Source: Dehalococcoidia bacterium (GTDB lineage: Bacteria; Chloroflexota; Dehalococcoidia; Bin125). Taken from it: a stretch of 64,000 nucleotides of DNA. Numbering within the stretch: position 1 is the first letter of the stretch; every line of letters begins with the position of its first letter. A program made the position numbers and the translations under genes. Positions 50,156 through 64,000 of the stretch are shown one piece after another. The notes below the pieces were generated by a model. That model was not told where the DNA came from, searched no databases, and saw only the letters and a list, made by a program, of their open reading frames with translations. Location of the stretch: assembly GCA_963663235.2 (NCBI GenBank), contig CAXXNO010000004.1, positions 480,001 to 544,000 of the forward strand, read 5' to 3'.

Positions 50156-50893
50156 TCAGCGCACCGGGATCGCGTGGCTCTCGACCACGAGGGTGCCCTC
50201 GTCCGGGTCGGTCCCGCGCCGGCGCCGCTGCCGGCGCTCTTCCAACTGGTGCAGTGTCAGCAGCCCCCGGCGCGTGTCGCTGGCCACGCGCGCGGGGTCC
50301 TGCATGGCCATGCGCCGCTTGAAGAGCCAGTAGGTGAACTCGTTGAGCTCGGCCAGCCCGATGCGATCGCTCTGCGGCCGTCCCTCCTCCCGGCGGAAGG
50401 CGGCCAGCAGGTCCAGCCGCGGGGCGCCGTAGATCCGCTGGAACACGTCTTCGTCGACGCGGGCGTCATAGCCCGTGGCGCGGCTGCGGCGCTCCTTCTG
50501 GACCGCCTCTTCCACGGCCAGGTGCAGCGCCTCCTCCACGCGCACGCCGTAGACGAAGTTGAGATGCGCGCGGTACTTGGTCGGGCCCAGGTACTCCTGC
50601 AGGCGCTCCTCGGTCAGGGGGGCCGGGAAGCGCCCCTCCACCAACAGTGCCTCGACTTCTTCGTCCGGCAGGAGGCCGGCGGCGTCGGCGCAGAGCCGCT
50701 CGGCCAGCCGCAGCCAGTCGAGCGCCTCGCCGCCGATGAGGTAGCGGTAGTGCTGGCCGTCCGTTGTCTCTTCGCCGATCTCCCACAGCGAGATGACGTG
50801 GAACAGCGCCTCCAGCCAGGGCCGGCCGCGGCGCAACTCGTCGCGGAACAGCTCGGTCAGGGCTTCGGCGTCGCGGTGGATCAGGGCATCCAT
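50156..50893 (-). CDS. Hypothetical protein co-oriented with secA and valS
   Basis: 245-aa ORF with typical codon usage (YLIGGEALDW, YRAHLNF.YGV.VEEAL, FTYWLFKRR). Confidence 0.8.
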   Translation of the reverse strand: MDALIHRDAEALTELFRDELRRGRPWLEALFHVISLWEIGEETTDGQHYRYLIGGEALDWLRLAERLCADAAGLLPDEEVEALLVEGRFPAPLTEERLQEYLGPTKYRAHLNFVYGVRVEEALHLAVEEAVQKERRSRATGYDARVDEDVFQRIYGAPRLDLLAAFRREEGRPQSDRIGLAELNEFTYWLFKRRMAMQDPARVASDTRRGLLTLHQLEERRQRRRRGTDPDEGTLVVESHAIPVR

Positions 50894-50914
50894 CAGGCAC
50901 TCACCATGACGCGA

Positions 50915-53614
<2,700 letters not shown>

Positions 53615-53692
53615 GCTGCTCTCCGTGGCGGAGGATCCCAAGCCAGCATAGGGCGGATCGGGCGTGGGGCGGTATGCCGCTGGGGCGGGGAC

Positions 53693-54664
53693 TCAGTCGA
53701 ACAGGGCGCCCACCGACTGTCCGGTGTGGATGCGACGGATCGCTTCGCCCAACAGCGGCGCCACCGAGCAGAGCGCGATGCTGTCGCCCTCCTTCTCGGA
53801 CGGTAGAGGCAGCGTGTCCGTGATGACGATCTGCTTGATGTCGGCGGCGGCAATGCGGTCCAGCGCGGGGCCGGAGAGGACCCCGTGGGTGGCGGCCGCG
53901 TACACGTCGCGGGCACCGTTCTCTTTCAGCAGGCCGATCACCGCCAGGAGCGTCCCGGCCGTGTCGATCTCGTCGTCGATAATGAGGACGTCCTGATCCT
54001 GCACGTCGCCGATGAGATGAAACACTTCCGCTTGGTCCCGGCTGTCATTGGAGCCGCGCCGTTTCTCGGAGAGGGCCAGCGGGAGGCCCAGGCGCTCCGC
54101 CAAGTTGCGGGCCCGCTTGGCGCTGCCCAGGTCCGGGGCCACCACCACGCCGTGGAACTCCTGACCGCGGAAGTGGGCGGCCAGCAGATTCATGGCGGTC
54201 AGCTCATCCGTGGGGATGTTGAAGAAGCCTTGGATCTGCCCGGCGTGCAGGTCCACGGTGAGGACGCGGTTGGCCCCGGCGGTCTCAATGAGGTTCGCCA
54301 CCAGGCGGGCGGTGATGGGCACCCGCGGCTGATCCTTCTTATCGGAGCGGCCGTAGGGGAAGTAGGGCAGCACGGCGGTGACCCGCCCGGCGCTGGCCCG
54401 CCGCAGGGCGTCGATCATGATGAGCAGCTCCATGAAGTGATGGTTCACGGGCCGCGCGGCCGGCTGCACCACGAAGACATCTCGCTCGCGCACGTTTTCG
54501 GCGACTTGCACGAAGATGTTCTCGTTGGAAAAGGCGAAGACTTGGGCCTCGCCCAGCGGCTGGCCGAGATAGGCGCAGATATCGGCCGCCAGGCGCGGGT
54601 GGGCATTTCCCGTGAAGATGGCGGGCCCGTGCAAGACCAAGGAGGTGCTCCTTGCGGGAACCAC
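53693..54664 (-). CDS. prs: Ribose-phosphate pyrophosphokinase (start may be TTG 54640/54634)
   Basis: FSNEN, PYFPYGRSDKK, DLHAGQIQGFF, DDEIDTAGT, THGVLSG. Confidence 0.96.
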   Translation of the reverse strand: MVPARSTSLVLHGPAIFTGNAHPRLAADICAYLGQPLGEAQVFAFSNENIFVQVAENVRERDVFVVQPAARPVNHHFMELLIMIDALRRASAGRVTAVLPYFPYGRSDKKDQPRVPITARLVANLIETAGANRVLTVDLHAGQIQGFFNIPTDELTAMNLLAAHFRGQEFHGVVVAPDLGSAKRARNLAERLGLPLALSEKRRGSNDSRDQAEVFHLIGDVQDQDVLIIDDEIDTAGTLLAVIGLLKENGARDVYAAATHGVLSGPALDRIAAADIKQIVITDTLPLPSEKEGDSIALCSVAPLLGEAIRRIHTGQSVGALFD

Positions 54665-54732
54665 GGCGAGGCCGCGAACGGATGTCAGTATAACCTGGGA
54701 TGCAGATGGCAGCGGCCGGGCCGGCCGGCGGA

Positions 54733-54761
54733 TTGACGGACGGGTCGGAGCCTCTTATAAT
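54733..54761 (+). promoter_or_regulatory. Sigma70 promoter of rpoBC
   Basis: TTGACG-17 nt-TATAAT, about 305 nt upstream of rpoB ATG. Confidence 0.8.
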
Positions 54762-55066
54762 CACGCTCGGTTCCCCATGCCCAGATATCATCACCGTATC
54801 CCGGCATCCTGACTGTCGCCGTCGGCGCTGCACGGGGTGGGCAATCCGCGTGTGAGGAGAACTGATCGCATGATCCCGCACAGACCTACCGTCCCTCTCC
54901 GCCAACTCGCAAGCCTGACCGTCGTTGCCGGCACTCCCTTCCGCCTCCGTTCCCTGCGGAGCCGCCATTATTGCTAAGGCGCCACGCGGCCCCCAGTCCT
55001 GCTCCCCGCCCGGCGGGCGGCCCGATGCTGGCTGGCCGCGCCATCCCTGAGGAGACCTCGCCACCC

Positions 55067-63286
<8,220 letters not shown>

Positions 63287-63287
63287 G

Positions 63288-63314
63288 AAGAAGGGCCCCG
63301 CGCGGGCCCTTCTT
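63288..63314. terminator. Intrinsic terminator hairpin after rpoC
   Basis: aagaagggccc-cgcgc-gggcccttctt. Confidence 0.75.
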
Positions 63315-63316
63315 GG

Positions 63317-63366
63317 GACGCAGAAACCAGACGGGGCCCGGCGGGGCCCCGTCTGGTTTCTGCGTC
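63317..63366. terminator. Long perfect hairpin, probable bidirectional terminator between rpoC and groEL
   Basis: gacgcagaaaccagacggggccc-ggcg-gggccccgtctggtttctgcgtc, 23-bp stem. Confidence 0.8.
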
Positions 63367-63391
63367 AGTCGCGCCGGCCCCGGCCGCGCGC

Positions 63392-64000
63392 TTAGTACTC
63401 CTCCGGCATCCCCCCACCGGCCGGCATGGACGGCGCTTTCTGCGGGATGTCGGCCACCAGGGAGTCGGTGGTGAGGACCATGCCGGCGATGGACACGGCG
63501 TTCTCCAAAGCCGAGCGCACCACCTTGACCGGGTCGACGATTCCCCGCTCTACAAGGTTGCCGTACTCGTCGGCCGCGGCGTCGTAGCCGAAGTCGGCGC
63601 CGTCGCCCCGCCGCACCTGCGCGACCACGACCGCGCCCTCTTGCCCCGCGTTCATGGCGATGCGCGCCAACGGCGCCTGCAGCGCATCGCTCAGCAACAG
63701 GATGGCCGTGCGCTCGTCGCCCTCCAGCGAGCTCTTGAGCGGCTCCAGCGCCGCTTCCGAGCGCAGCAGCGCGACGCCGCCGCCGGCCACGATCCCCTCC
63801 TCCACGGCCGCGCGGGTCGCGCTCAGCGCGTCCTCCAGCTTGGCCTTCTTTTCCTTCAGCTCCACCTCGGTGGGGGCGCCCACCTTGATCACCGCCACGC
63901 CCCCGGCCAGCCGCGCCTGCCGCTCCTGCAGCTTCTCGCGGTCGAAGTCGGAAGTGGTGACGTCGATCTGCGCCTTGATCTCCTTCATGCGGTTCTGGAT
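63392..64000 (-). CDS. groL: Chaperonin GroEL, C-terminal part (5' end outside window)
   Basis: [57 protein letters not shown] tail. Confidence 0.97.
   Translation of the reverse strand: MQNRMKEIKAQIDVTTSDFDREKLQERQARLAGGVAVIKVGAPTEVELKEKKAKLEDALSATRAAVEEGIVAGGGVALLRSEAALEPLKSSLEGDERTAILLLSDALQAPLARIAMNAGQEGAVVVAQVRRGDGADFGYDAAADEYGNLVERGIVDPVKVVRSALENAVSIAGMVLTTDSLVADIPQKAPSMPAGGGMPEEY

Overview
GC-rich bacterial chromosome segment. The lineage is probably Chloroflexota/Dehalococcoidia-like; this is an inference from gene content and RNA polymerase inserts, not a search result. 1-2.6 kb is the end of a corrinoid salvage operon (BtuD-like ATPase, cobO, cobQ). About 2.7-29.4 kb is an accessory, eroding region. 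It holds two Tat-exported proteins sharing a repeated C-terminal domain, msrA, an orphan hydantoinase B, a PncC-like protein, two LLM oxidoreductases and a Baeyer-Villiger monooxygenase. It also holds several gene remnants (two tyrosine integrases, a MITE-like element, P450, response regulator, truncated globin). The most striking locus is an 11-kb same-strand cluster: two paralogous DUF1989 gene pairs flank a Dpp/Opp-type ABC importer and a single-chain triple-Rid protein. A 3-kb decayed element is integrated in tRNA-Thr(CGT) and duplicates the 5' half of the tRNA. 29.4-64 kb is core genome: lipA, a GlnR-like regulator, two glnA genes, a nuoABCDHJKLMN operon (no nuoEFG, no nuoI), valS, secA, prs, rpoB-rpoC and the 3' end of groEL. 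rpoB and rpoC carry six frameshifts, probably sequencing artefacts. All assignments come from visual motif recognition; no database searches were run.
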